Below, in pieces: positions 8,474 to 17,709 of a stretch of DNA of 64,000 nt (within the stretch, counting starts at the first letter, position 1; every line of letters starts with the position of its first letter). Source of the stretch: Candidatus Aminicenantes bacterium (GTDB taxonomy: Bacteria; Acidobacteriota; Aminicenantia; UBA2199). The notes beneath the pieces were generated by a model that was not told the origin of the DNA, searched no databases, and saw only the letters and a list, made by a program, of their open reading frames with translations. The stretch lies in assembly GCA_963764745.1 (NCBI GenBank), contig CAVXTN010000005.1, positions 262,361 through 326,360 of the forward strand. The letters run 5' to 3'. The position numbers were made by a program, and so were the translations under genes.

Positions 8474-10957
8474 ATGATGACGCCCAAAACGCTTGTCCTC
8501 GCTTTGCTGGGTCTGCTGTGCCTGGGAGCTTTCAGTACGCAAGGGGAGAATGGCCGCTCGCAGGGAACCCCTATGGCCCGGGCCCGGACCACCGGCTCGC
8601 CTTTCCAGGATGTGAAATGGAAAAACATCGGCCCCGCTTTTTGCGGCGGTCGCGTGGTCGACGTCGAAGGCTACGACCGGCATCCCGGCAAATTCTGGGT
8701 AGCTGCCGCCACGGGCGGCGCCTGGCTGACCGAGGACGGCGGGCGGACATGGCGTCCGGCCTTCGACCATGAAGCCACGGCCTCGATCGGAGATATCGCC
8801 GTCTGCCAGAGCGACGAAAGCCTGGTCTGGCTGGGCAGCGGCGAAAGCAATGCCCAGACGTACTCGTTCCCGGGCTGCGGCGCTTTCAAAAGCACGGACG
8901 GGGGGAAAAGCTGGCGGCACATGGGACTGGCCGCGACCCGGCATATCGCCCGCATCGTGATCGACCCCGCGGAAACCGACACGGTCTACGCGGCGGCGGC
9001 CGGCAACCTTTGCGCCGCCGACGGCGAGCGCGGGGTATTCAAAACCCTGGACGGGGGCAAGACCTGGGACAAGGTCCTTTTCATCAGCGAAAAAACCGGC
9101 GTCATCGACCTGGCCATGGACCCGCGCGACCGCAATACCCTTTATGCCGCCGCCTGGCAAAGGGAGAGGAAGCCCTGGCACTTCAGCGCCGCGGGCACGG
9201 AAAGCGGCATATACAAGACGGTCGACGGGGGCAGGACCTGGATGAAGGCGGGCTCCGGCTTTCCCGTCCACGGCCGCGTCGGCCGCATCGGGCTGGCGGT
9301 CAGCCGTTCCAACCCGGCCGTGGTTTATGCCCTGCTGGACAACCAGCAAGCCAAGACCACGGGCCGCACGGCCGCCGGGGACAAAAGAAGCGGCTTGACC
9401 GTGGCCGAACTGGAAGAAATGAACGCCGACGCTTTTTTAAGCATCGCCGACCAGCGCCTGGCCCTTTTCCTGGAAGAAAACCTGGCCCCCAAAGTTTTCA
9501 CCCCGGCCGCCCTGAAAAATTTCGTCCGCTCCGGCCGCATCTCCCCGCAGCTGATCGCCCGCATGCTTTTCGATGCCAACGAACGACGCTTGAACCCGAA
9601 TACCATCGGGGCCGAAGTCTACCGCAGCGCCGACGGCGGCCGGCACTGGCAAAAGGCCAACCGCGAGTACATCGAGGACATGTATTACACCTATGGCTTT
9701 TACTTCGGCCAGATCCGCGTCGCCCCGGACGATGAAAACCGCGTTTATGTCCTTGGCGTATCCGCCTATGTTTCCGCCGACGGCGGCCGGACCTTCAGGA
9801 AGCTTGCGGCGGACCCCGAGTCGTACGCCGATGCCCTGGTCCACCGCGACCACCACGCGCTCTGGATCGACCCCGGGGACCCGCGCCGCCTGATCCTGGG
9901 CAATGACGGCGGTGTCAACCTTTCCGCCGACGGCGGCCTGAGCTGGAGCAAGATCGGCAATCTTTCCATCAGCCAGTGCTATACGGTCACGGCCGACGGC
10001 GCGCAGCCGGCTAATATTTATATCGGCACCCAGGACAACGGCGTCCTGGTTTCCCGGCCCGCCCCGGACGCCCGGGGCGAACAAACGTCGTGGCGCATGC
10101 TTCTCGGCGGCGACGGGGCTTACGTCGCGCCGCTGCCCGGCCCGCCGCCGCTGCTTTTCGCCGCCGCCCAGTTCGGGGCCCTGGTCCGCTTCGAGACAGG
10201 GAGCAACAAGGCGACGGCCGTCAAGCCCAGGTCGGCACGGAGCTTCGAACCGTACCGCTTCCACTGGTTGTCGCCCCTGCTGGCCTCGCGCCAGCAGGCC
10301 GGGGAGATCCTTTTCGGCGCCAACCTGGTGCTGCGTTCCGCGGACCGCGGCGCGTCCTGGCAGGAGATCTCCCCCGATCTCAGCGAACGGCAAAATATCG
10401 ACGGCAACACACCCTACGCCACCCTCACGGCTCTGGCCGAATCGCCGGCCCGGCCCGGCCTGTTATATGCCGGGACCGACGACGGCAACGTCTGGTTGCG
10501 GGACGGCAGCGGGCAGCCCTGGCGGAAGATCAGCCAGGTCCTGCCGAAAAAATGCGTCAGCCGCATCGTCGCTTGCGCCTCCAGCGCCGCCAAGGTCTAC
10601 GTGGCCATGAACGGCAGCAGGGAAGATGATTTCCGCGCCTACCTCTTCGTTTCGGAAAATTCGGGCCTGGATTGGGAGTCGCTGGCGGGCAAGCTCCCGG
10701 CCGAGCCCCTGAACGCCCTGGCCGAGGACCCGCTTGATGAAAACATCCTTTACCTGGGCAGCGACCGCGGGCTCTACCTCAGCCCGGACGGCGGCGCCTC
10801 CTGGCATTCCCTGCAGGGCGACCTGCCCACCGTCCCGGTATTGGACATCTTCATCCAGCGCCGGGGCGGGATGCTGCTCCTGGCCACGTACGGCCGCGGC
10901 GTCTACGTTCTTCCCCTGGACGAGATCAGGAAGCGCCTGAGGCAGGCGGGAAACTAA
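8474..10957 (+). CDS. Secreted BNR/Asp-box repeat protein (sortilin/VPS10-like)
   Basis: The ORF 7442..10957 is trimmed to the in-frame ATG at 8474 (MMTPKTLVLALLGLLCLGAFS signal peptide); its upstream part is antisense to the preceding gene. It carries about nine S-x-D-G-G-x-[ST]-W Asp-box motifs, including TEDGGRTW, STDGGKSW, TLDGGKTW, TVDGGRTW, SADGGRHW, SADGGLSW and SPDGGASW. Confidence 0.85.
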   Translation: MMTPKTLVLALLGLLCLGAFSTQGENGRSQGTPMARARTTGSPFQDVKWKNIGPAFCGGRVVDVEGYDRHPGKFWVAAATGGAWLTEDGGRTWRPAFDHEATASIGDIAVCQSDESLVWLGSGESNAQTYSFPGCGAFKSTDGGKSWRHMGLAATRHIARIVIDPAETDTVYAAAAGNLCAADGERGVFKTLDGGKTWDKVLFISEKTGVIDLAMDPRDRNTLYAAAWQRERKPWHFSAAGTESGIYKTVDGGRTWMKAGSGFPVHGRVGRIGLAVSRSNPAVVYALLDNQQAKTTGRTAAGDKRSGLTVAELEEMNADAFLSIADQRLALFLEENLAPKVFTPAALKNFVRSGRISPQLIARMLFDANERRLNPNTIGAEVYRSADGGRHWQKANREYIEDMYYTYGFYFGQIRVAPDDENRVYVLGVSAYVSADGGRTFRKLAADPESYADALVHRDHHALWIDPGDPRRLILGNDGGVNLSADGGLSWSKIGNLSISQCYTVTADGAQPANIYIGTQDNGVLVSRPAPDARGEQTSWRMLLGGDGAYVAPLPGPPPLLFAAAQFGALVRFETGSNKATAVKPRSARSFEPYRFHWLSPLLASRQQAGEILFGANLVLRSADRGASWQEISPDLSERQNIDGNTPYATLTALAESPARPGLLYAGTDDGNVWLRDGSGQPWRKISQVLPKKCVSRIVACASSAAKVYVAMNGSREDDFRAYLFVSENSGLDWESLAGKLPAEPLNALAEDPLDENILYLGSDRGLYLSPDGGASWHSLQGDLPTVPVLDIFIQRRGGMLLLATYGRGVYVLPLDEIRKRLRQAGN

Positions 10958-11715
10958 AAGCGCAGCGACAGGCAGCTCAGGCCGCCGTCCAGCTTGCGGA
11001 ATTCCGAAACGTCAACGGACATGGTTTCGTAGCCGCGAGCCTCGATGCTTTCCCGCGTGCGCGGGAACCCGGCCGGGACCAGGACGCGGCCGTTGATCCA
11101 GACCGAGTTGGCGGCATAGGCTTCGTCCGCGGGCACCGGCACGATCTCGAAACCCGAGAGCAGCGGGTGCTCCAGGAATTCGCCGCAGGCCAGCAGGCGG
11201 TTGTTTTCCAGGTAGGCCACGCCGGTCTTCAGGTGCAGGACGGCGCGCAGGGGCACGGCCGTCACCGCGTATCCGTGCGCCTGCAGGATGACGGCCAGCT
11301 GGCCGGCGCCGGCCTCGTTGGTCCTGGCCGAAATGCCGACAAAGAAACGGTCGCCGGCCCTGAACACGTCACCGCCCTCCAGGGTCCCGGGGGCACGTAT
11401 GGCTTCCAGGCCGGGAAAACGGGCGCGCAGGGCCGCGGCCACGGGCCGCTCTTCCCCCCGGCGGCTGGGGGCGCCCGGGCGGGTGATGACCGCTGTTTTT
11501 TCGCTCAGCACCGCGGTATCCTCGATGAATACCGAGTCGGGATACGACTCGTCGGCGTCCAGCGCCGTGACTTCCAGCCCGCAGCCCCGCAGAGCATCGA
11601 CGTAAGCGGCGTGCTGCGCCAGCGCCCTTTCATAATCGGGGGCGCCCAATCCGGCCGTGGAAAGGCCGCGGACCATGCCGCGGCAGGGCAAGCGAACCAA
11701 GGCATTCCTGAACAT
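10954..11715 (-). CDS. Dimethylarginine dimethylaminohydrolase-like / amidinotransferase-family enzyme
   Basis: Intact 253-aa ORF. The C-terminal DGGLSCLSLRF contains the catalytic Cys typical of the DDAH/arginine-deiminase fold. Overall length and pattern fit DDAH. Confidence 0.8.
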   Translation of the reverse strand: MFRNALVRLPCRGMVRGLSTAGLGAPDYERALAQHAAYVDALRGCGLEVTALDADESYPDSVFIEDTAVLSEKTAVITRPGAPSRRGEERPVAAALRARFPGLEAIRAPGTLEGGDVFRAGDRFFVGISARTNEAGAGQLAVILQAHGYAVTAVPLRAVLHLKTGVAYLENNRLLACGEFLEHPLLSGFEIVPVPADEAYAANSVWINGRVLVPAGFPRTRESIEARGYETMSVDVSEFRKLDGGLSCLSLRF

Positions 11716-11810
11716 GGCGCCTCGCCAAAATAACGGTTGATTTTCAATCCCGGCCTTTGTGTAACACGCCCCCTCTTAAAAATCAAGACCGGGTCCCGCC
11801 GCTATGGCGG

Positions 11811-11839
11811 TTGACAGGCGGGAAGAGTTGTTGTAAACT
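11811..11839 (+). promoter_or_regulatory. Sigma70-like promoter upstream of the homocysteine operon
   Basis: TTGACA (11811-11816), a 17-nt spacer, then TAAACT (11834-11839). Confidence 0.45.
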
Positions 11840-11855
11840 GCTCCGCGAGACAGCC

Positions 11856-11987
11856 ATGTGCAAAATCATTTATTTCACGCACATCATGATCATGCCTGGC
11901 CCGGACTCGGCGCTCTAGTCCAGAAGCGCCGGTTCGGGAAATCCCAAACTCTACCAATCAAAAAAAATTCAAATTGGGAGGCATATC
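11856..11987 (+). promoter_or_regulatory. Candidate structured 5' leader with a 20-codon uORF
   Basis: uORF 11856..11918 encodes MCKIIYFTHIMIMPGPDSAL. An extended hairpin CCCGGA..GGCGCT/AGCGCC..TTCGGG spans 11900-11938. CCCAA (11943-47) can pair with TTGGG (11974-78), which overlaps the GGGAGG Shine-Dalgarno. I could not match it to a known riboswitch class. Confidence 0.25.
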
Positions 11988-13346
11988 ATGTCCAAGACTG
12001 TCGAGGAAATCAATCGTAAAATCCTGAACAAGACCGTGCGCGTGGTCACTGCCGACGAGATGCCGGCCATCGTCGGCGAACTGGGCGCCGAGCGGGCCGC
12101 CGCGGAGGTCGACGTGGTCACTACCGGCACCTTCGGGGCCATGTGCTCATCGGGCGTGTGGCTGAATTTCGGCCATAGCGACCCGCCGATCAAAATGACC
12201 CGCGTCTGGCTCAACGATGTCGAGGCCTACGCCGGAGTGGCCGCGGTCGACGCCTACCTGGGAGTCACTCAAAGCTCCGCAACCCGGGGCATGGCCTACG
12301 GCGGCGCCCACGTCATCGAGGACCTGCTGAATGGCAGGCCGGTAGTGCTGCGCGCCGTCTCCTACGGCAGCGACTGCTACCCGCGCAAGGAGCTGATCAG
12401 CGCGATCACCCTGGCCGACATCAACCAGGCGGTCATGGCGAACCCGCGCAACGCCTACCAACGCTACAACGCCGCCGCCAATTCCGGCGCGCGCGTCCTG
12501 CAAACGTACATGGGCAAGCTGCTGCCCGGCTGCGCCAACGTCAATTTCTCGGGCGCCGGGGAGCTGTCGCCCCTGCTGAACGACCCCGACTACGAGACCA
12601 TCGGCATCGGCAGCCGCATTTTCCTGGGCGGGGGCATCGGCTACGTCACCGGCTCCGGCACGCAGCACGATCCGGAAAAGCAGTTCGCCACACTGATGGT
12701 GCAGGGCGACCTGAAGCAGATGTCGGCCGAGTTTCTCAAGGCGGCGCTTTTCCACGGCTACGGCAGTTCCATGTATATCGGCATCGGCATTCCCATCCCG
12801 GTCCTCCATGCCGGCATCGCCCGCAAGACCGCCGTCCGCGACCGCGATATCGAGGCCGACGTCCTGGACTACGCCGTTGCCTCGCCGCGGCGCCCGGTGC
12901 TGGGCAGGTTCAACTACGGGCAATTGAAATCCGGTTCGCTGCGGCTGGGCGCCCGCGACGTTCCGGCCGCTCCCCTGGTCAGCTACGCCCAGTCCAAGCG
13001 GGTCGCCGTCACCCTTAAGCAATGGATCGAAGGGGGAACTTTCACCTTGAGCGAGCCGGCGGCGCCGCTGCCCGGGCAGGGGTCGTGCCGGCCATTGGCG
13101 CAAAAGGCGCCGCGGCCCGAGCGGCCCCGAACGGCGCTGCCGCCGCGAACGGGAGCGGAGCGCATTTCCTGGCGCGAAGAACTCTGCTTCTCCTGCGGCC
13201 AGTGCCTGGGCATCTGCCCGCGCCGGGTTTTTCGCCATGACCCGGGATGGCGGGTATTCGCCGAGCCCGAGCGCTGCACGGGTTGCGGCCTCTGCGACCG
13301 CGTCTGCCCGGTCGGGGCCATCACGGGTGAGCCCAATGGCCGCTGA
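11988..13346 (+). CDS. Homocysteine biosynthesis protein (DUF39/COG1900) fused to a 2x[4Fe-4S] ferredoxin domain
   Basis: Intact 452-aa ORF. The N-terminal ~350 aa match the COG1900 family (VDVVTTGTFGAMCSSG ... GGGIGYVTGSGTQH). An Ala/Pro/Arg-rich linker follows, then CFSCGQCLGICP and CTGCGLCDRVCP. Confidence 0.85.
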   Translation: MSKTVEEINRKILNKTVRVVTADEMPAIVGELGAERAAAEVDVVTTGTFGAMCSSGVWLNFGHSDPPIKMTRVWLNDVEAYAGVAAVDAYLGVTQSSATRGMAYGGAHVIEDLLNGRPVVLRAVSYGSDCYPRKELISAITLADINQAVMANPRNAYQRYNAAANSGARVLQTYMGKLLPGCANVNFSGAGELSPLLNDPDYETIGIGSRIFLGGGIGYVTGSGTQHDPEKQFATLMVQGDLKQMSAEFLKAALFHGYGSSMYIGIGIPIPVLHAGIARKTAVRDRDIEADVLDYAVASPRRPVLGRFNYGQLKSGSLRLGARDVPAAPLVSYAQSKRVAVTLKQWIEGGTFTLSEPAAPLPGQGSCRPLAQKAPRPERPRTALPPRTGAERISWREELCFSCGQCLGICPRRVFRHDPGWRVFAEPERCTGCGLCDRVCPVGAITGEPNGR

Positions 13347-14077
13347 GGTGGTGCGGCGGCAATTCCGCCTCAAAGAGACTCTTGCCACGATCATCGCCGG
13401 GGAGCGCTACATGGACCTGGCGGCCCGGACCCTGGCAGCGGCCCGGGCGGTGATCGAGAACTATATCGCCGAGCCGCCCCGGTTTCCGCTTCGCGCTGGA
13501 ACCGCTGGCGGTCGAAAGGCAAGCGCCGCCGCTGATCCGGCGCATGGCCGCGGCGGCCGCGCTCGCCGGCGTCGGCCCCATGGCCTCGGTGGCGGGCGCC
13601 ATCGCCCAGGTCACGGTGGAGTCCCTGCTCGCCTCCGGCGCCCGCCATGTCATCGTGGACAACGGCGGGGACATCGTGCTGCTCATCGACCGTCCCGTGA
13701 CGATCGGGATATTCACGGGACCGGCCTCGATCCGCGATATCGCCTTGCGCTGCCGGCCCCGTCCCGGGATTTTTTCCGTCTGCACCTCCTCGGGAACCGT
13801 GGGCCATTCTCTCTCTTTCGGACACGCCGACGCGGCCACGGTCATCGCCGGCGACGGCTTTTTGGGCGACGCCATGGCCACCGCCCTGGGCAACCGCGTC
13901 CGGGAAAAAACCGCAGCGGCCATCCAGGCCGCGATCCGGGCTTCGCTGCTCCCCGGGATCGAGGGGCTGCTGGTCGCGGCCGGGGACTGCCTGGGCCTGG
14001 GCGGAGAGCTGCCGGAGATCGTGCGCGTCGCCGCTGCCCGCCGAAATCATCAGCCAGGGATAGAGAGGAAACCATGA
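13336..14077 (+). pseudogene. UPF0280 / COG2122 ApbE-like protein, one +1 frame break
   Basis: The N-terminus MAAEVVRRQFRLKETLATIIAGE...ENYIAEPP is in frame 1. The rest, GFRFALEPLAVERQAPPLIRRMAAAAALAGVGPMASVAGAIAQ..., is in frame 2 (ORF 13544..14077). The junction lies at the C-run 13477-13480. The start overlaps the upstream gene by 11 nt and the stop overlaps asd by 4 nt. Confidence 0.75.
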
Positions 14078-15108
14078 AAAAAATCAAAACCGCAATATTG
14101 GGATGCACGGGCCTGGTGGGGCGGCAGTTCGTCCGCCTGCTGGCCAACCATCCCTATTTCGAGTTGTCCTGTTTGACCTCGTCCCCGCGCTCGGCCGGGC
14201 GGGAGGAGATCGCCGGTCTGCCCGTCCGGGAAACCACGGTCGCCGACATTGTGCAAAGCGGGGCGCGGGTCGTTTTCTCGGCCCTGCCCGCCGGCATCGC
14301 CGCCGGGCTGGAACCGGCATTGCGCGGCCGGGGGTTGTACGTTTTTTCCAACGCCAGCCCGCAGCGCCTGGATCCCCGCGTGCCGCTGCTCATTCCGGAA
14401 GTGAACCCCGAGCACCTGGCGCTGGCAAAAAGCCAGCTCCGGGAATTCGCCGGCTTCATCGTCACCAACCCCAACTGCGTGGTAGCGGGCCTGGCGCTGG
14501 TGTTGAAGCCGCTCATGGCCTTCGACATGAGCAGCGCGACCGTCACCACTTTTCAAGCTGTTTCCGGCGGCGGCCGCCGCGGCGTCGCCGCCTGGGACAT
14601 CCTGGGAAACGTCATTCCCTTCATCGCCAACGAAGAAGAAAAAATCGTGCTGGAGACCGGAAAGATCCTCGGCGCCTGGACCGGGGCCGGGATCGCGGGC
14701 AGCGGGCTGGAGATCTACCCCTCCTGCTGCCGCGTCCCCGTCAGCGAAGGCCATCTGCAGAGCGTCAGCGCGGAGTTCAGGCAAGCGGCAAGCGGCAAGG
14801 CTCTCGCGGCCAGCCTCGCCGCTTTCGGCGGCGAAGCGCAGCGGCTGGACTTGCCCACGGCGCCGCGGCGGCCGCTGCTGGTGCACGAAAGCGCCGACCG
14901 CCCGCAGCCGCGGCTCGACGTCGACGCCGGCGAGCCGGAACGGGCCAGGGGCATGGCCGTGAGCGTTGGACGCCTGCGCGTCCGGGGAAAACGCTGCGAT
15001 TTCTTTTTGCTGGTGAACAATACCGTGCGCGGCGCCGCCGGCGGTTCCGTCCTGAACGCCGAGCTGGCTTTCCGCCAAGGTCTTCTATCCGAGGCCAGCC
15101 ATGACTAA
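14074..15108 (+). CDS. asd: Aspartate-semialdehyde dehydrogenase
   Basis: In-frame ATG at 14074 within ORF 13237..15108. The N-terminus is MKKIKTAILGCTGLVGRQF (NAD(P)-binding). The active-site region is TNPNCVVAGLALVLKPL. Length is 344 aa. Confidence 0.9.
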   Translation: MKKIKTAILGCTGLVGRQFVRLLANHPYFELSCLTSSPRSAGREEIAGLPVRETTVADIVQSGARVVFSALPAGIAAGLEPALRGRGLYVFSNASPQRLDPRVPLLIPEVNPEHLALAKSQLREFAGFIVTNPNCVVAGLALVLKPLMAFDMSSATVTTFQAVSGGGRRGVAAWDILGNVIPFIANEEEKIVLETGKILGAWTGAGIAGSGLEIYPSCCRVPVSEGHLQSVSAEFRQAASGKALAASLAAFGGEAQRLDLPTAPRRPLLVHESADRPQPRLDVDAGEPERARGMAVSVGRLRVRGKRCDFFLLVNNTVRGAAGGSVLNAELAFRQGLLSEASHD

Positions 15109-16468
15109 AGTAATGAAGTTCGGCGGCGGCTGCCTCAAAGACGGCAGTGCCCTTTTGAAGGTATGCACGATCATCGCCGGGCAGAAGCGGACCGCGGTGG
15201 TGGTGTCGGCCGTCGCCGGCGTGACCGAGCAGCTGCTGGCCGCCATCGAAGAGGCAAGGCGCGATGAAAAAAGCGTCCCCGTTGTCCTGGCCGCCCTGGC
15301 CTCCAGGCACAGGGCCATCATCGACGAGCTCTGCCCGCCCGGCAGGCGCAAAAAGCGGATCCAGGGAGCGATCGCCGCCCAACTGGCCCAGGTCCGGCGC
15401 CTGCTGACCGGCATCGCCTGCCACGGCGACCTGACCCCGGCGGTGCGGGCGCGGCTGCTGAGTTACGGCGAGCGCATGGCGGCGCGGCTGCTGGCCGGGA
15501 TCCTGAACGAGCGCGGGGTGAGGGCGCGGGCATGGGACGCCCACCTGGCCGGGATGCGCACCGACGACAACGTGGATAACGCCAGCATCGACCGCGAGCT
15601 CACCCGCAAGGTCCTCGGCGCCAGGGTCGGGCCCGTGATGCGGCAAGGAGTACTCCCGGTCATCAGCGGTTTTTTCGGGCGCGCCCCCAACGGGGCGATC
15701 ACCCTCCTGGGGCGCAACGGCTCCGACTACAGCGCCGCCGCGGTGGCCTGCGCGCTGCGGGCGAAGCGCCTGGAGATCTGGAAGGACGTGGACGGCTTCA
15801 TGAGCGCCGACCCCGCAACGGTGGCCACGGCGCGCCGCCTGGAAAGGCTCTCCTTCGCCGAAGCCGCCGAACTTTCCTATTTCGGCGCCAGGATCCTGCA
15901 CCCGCGCACCATGGAGCCGCTGGCCGGGACCGGGACCAGGGTATTCATCCGCAACCTGAAGGAGCCGGAAAGCCCGGGCAGCGAGATCGTGGCCGGCGGG
16001 TCGGGGCGCGGGGAAGCGGTGGCCGGCATCGCCGCCAGCGAACGGCTGGTTAACATCCGCGTCCACGGCTCGGGCATCGGCTGCAAGCCGGGCCTGCTGG
16101 CGGGCATCAGCTCGCTCCTGGCCGGACAGCAGATCAATATTCATTCGGTGCTGACTTCGCAAACGTGCATCAACCTGCTGGTCGACCCGGACGACGGGCG
16201 CCGGAGCATAAAAAAGATCAAGGCCCTGGCCAACGGCGTTATCGAGCGCATCGACCTGGAAGAGCACATCGCCCTGGTCGGAGTGGTGGGCGACCGCATC
16301 ATGGAAAAGGAGGGGATCTACGCGCGGATATTCACGGCCGTGGCCCGCGAAAAGATCAACGTGGAGATGGCCGCGGCCGGCGCCTCGCCCGTGGCCTGCT
16401 ATTTCATCGTCAAGCGTCCGGACCTGGAAAGAGCGGTGCGCGCCGTGCACGACGAGTTTTTTCCGTGA
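15101..16468 (+). CDS. Aspartate kinase
   Basis: Intact 455-aa ORF. It begins MKFGGGCLKDGSALLKV, has an amino-acid kinase fold and C-terminal ACT-like region, and overlaps asd by 8 nt. Confidence 0.9.
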   Translation: MTKVMKFGGGCLKDGSALLKVCTIIAGQKRTAVVVSAVAGVTEQLLAAIEEARRDEKSVPVVLAALASRHRAIIDELCPPGRRKKRIQGAIAAQLAQVRRLLTGIACHGDLTPAVRARLLSYGERMAARLLAGILNERGVRARAWDAHLAGMRTDDNVDNASIDRELTRKVLGARVGPVMRQGVLPVISGFFGRAPNGAITLLGRNGSDYSAAAVACALRAKRLEIWKDVDGFMSADPATVATARRLERLSFAEAAELSYFGARILHPRTMEPLAGTGTRVFIRNLKEPESPGSEIVAGGSGRGEAVAGIAASERLVNIRVHGSGIGCKPGLLAGISSLLAGQQINIHSVLTSQTCINLLVDPDDGRRSIKKIKALANGVIERIDLEEHIALVGVVGDRIMEKEGIYARIFTAVAREKINVEMAAAGASPVACYFIVKRPDLERAVRAVHDEFFP

Positions 16469-16507
16469 CAATTTCTATAGATTGAAAGCCGATATTGCTA
16501 TGAAGGC

Positions 16508-16825
16508 CTATTTTTCTTTTTTTAAGCGCCGGAACGCCTCGTAATAGACAATCATCTCCCGGCGCGGGCCGATGGCGATCACCCTGACCACGATCTCCTT
16601 TTCCAGGACCGTGTAGACGATGCGGATCTTTTTTTTATCGGCATACAACTTGTAATACCCGGTCAGGTCAATGCCGCCCTTGTTGCCCAGGTGCTCGCCC
16701 TTGTAGGGATTGCTTTCCAGTTGTTTAAGAAGCTTGGCGACCTGGATCCGCCGGCCACGGTCCAGGCGGCTAAAATCGTCTCGGGCCTCCTCGATCAACA
16801 GGACGCTATAGCGCTTCGTAGCCAA
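16508..16825 (-). CDS. RelE/ParE-family type II toxin
   Basis: 105-aa ORF with a pattern typical of RelE/ParE (KLYADKKKIRIVYTVLEKEIVVRVIAIGPRR). It overlaps the upstream antitoxin by 20 nt. Confidence 0.8.
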   Translation of the reverse strand: MATKRYSVLLIEEARDDFSRLDRGRRIQVAKLLKQLESNPYKGEHLGNKGGIDLTGYYKLYADKKKIRIVYTVLEKEIVVRVIAIGPRREMIVYYEAFRRLKKEK

Positions 16826-17099
16826 TCTGGCTTTCCTTCAGAACGTCCCGCAGCGAATGGGTCTTGGACGAACGCTTTCTCTTATCCACCGTTTCGGCGA
16901 TATCCATCACTTCGATCCATTCGGCGATTTCTTTCATCGTTTCGTAAGCTTCGACAGGCAGGATCACCGCCTCAATGCGGTTGTTCTTGGAAACCACGGC
17001 CCGCTCCAGCGACTGATCCTGGAGTTTCTCCAGGATAGAACCGAAACGCTTGGCTGCCTCGGTGGCGGAGAAAATTTCGTTACGCGCATAAGTGATCAT
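16806..17099 (-). CDS. Phd/YefM-family antitoxin
   Basis: ORF 16806..17156 trimmed to MITYARNEIFSATEAAKRFGSILEKLQDQSLERAVVSKNNRIEAVILPVEAYE, a Phd/YefM N-terminal fold signature. Confidence 0.75.
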   Translation of the reverse strand: MITYARNEIFSATEAAKRFGSILEKLQDQSLERAVVSKNNRIEAVILPVEAYETMKEIAEWIEVMDIAETVDKRKRSSKTHSLRDVLKESQIGYEAL

Positions 17100-17242
17100 T
17101 ATATTACTCCCGATTATCCGTATGATTATACTAATGTTATTTTTACTATTTGTCAATATCGATTTATCAACAAATCAAAAAATCAAAGGGCCGGGCAAGC
17201 CCAGCGACTAAACAGGGGGACCCGACGGGTCGCCGCTACACA

Positions 17243-17698
17243 TTATTTCTTTTTGCCGTGGTCGATGTCGTCCGAAAGCTCGTTGACGTCCTTTTCGCCC
17301 TGGTAGGGGAAGTGGACGGCGAGCAGGCGGCCGGCCTCTTCGATTCCCCGGATCAGGCCCTCGTTGAACTTGCCGGCCTTGAAGTCGCCGGCCATGGCCG
17401 CGGCCAGCTTGTCCCAGAACTCCTGGCCGACCTTCTGGTGGATGCCTTCGTCGCCGAGCACGACGAAACTGCGGCGCGACGGGACGACGAAGAAGAGGAT
17501 GCCGTTGCGGTCCAGGGTGGCGCGCATGCCCATGCGGCCAAAGGCCTTCTCGGCCGCGTGGCGGATGCTGCCCCAGAAGTAGCGCGAGACCGAAACGCGG
17601 ATCTCGCCCGACGTCTGCTTTTCAGCCGCTGCGATGGCTGCCTTGATGCGGTCGTCGTCGATGATCTCCAGCAGCTTGCGTTGACTCAGAAACGCCAT
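17243..17698 (-). CDS. TPM-domain protein (TLP18.3/Psb32/MOLO-1 family)
   Basis: 151-aa ORF containing GEIRVSVSRYFWG and NGILFFVVPSRRSFVVLGDEGI, typical of the small cytosolic TPM protein of LemA operons. Confidence 0.8.
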   Translation of the reverse strand: MAFLSQRKLLEIIDDDRIKAAIAAAEKQTSGEIRVSVSRYFWGSIRHAAEKAFGRMGMRATLDRNGILFFVVPSRRSFVVLGDEGIHQKVGQEFWDKLAAAMAGDFKAGKFNEGLIRGIEEAGRLLAVHFPYQGEKDVNELSDDIDHGKKK

Positions 17699-17709
17699 GG
17701 GTGCCTCCT

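Noticed and set aside
11840-11987. SAM-I (S-box) riboswitch upstream of the homocysteine operon
   Set aside because: The conserved S-box core as I remember it (a four-way junction with GAGGGA...GCAACC-type elements) is not present, and there is no U-tract terminator. The region is kept only as an unclassified leader candidate.
13237-15108. A single 623-aa protein spanning three genes
   Set aside because: The ORF is a read-through of the overlap region, the out-of-frame part of the UPF0280 gene, and asd. Only the asd part (from 14074) and the first 47 codons from 13336 are homologous to real proteins.
14777-16471. 564-aa minus-strand ORF
   Set aside because: It is antisense to aspartate kinase with an Arg/Gly/Pro-rich shadow composition.
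16508-17156. Mobile element or island around the RelE/Phd pair
   Set aside because: I recognised no integrase, transposase, flanking direct repeats or tRNA. It is treated as a simple chromosomal TA insertion.
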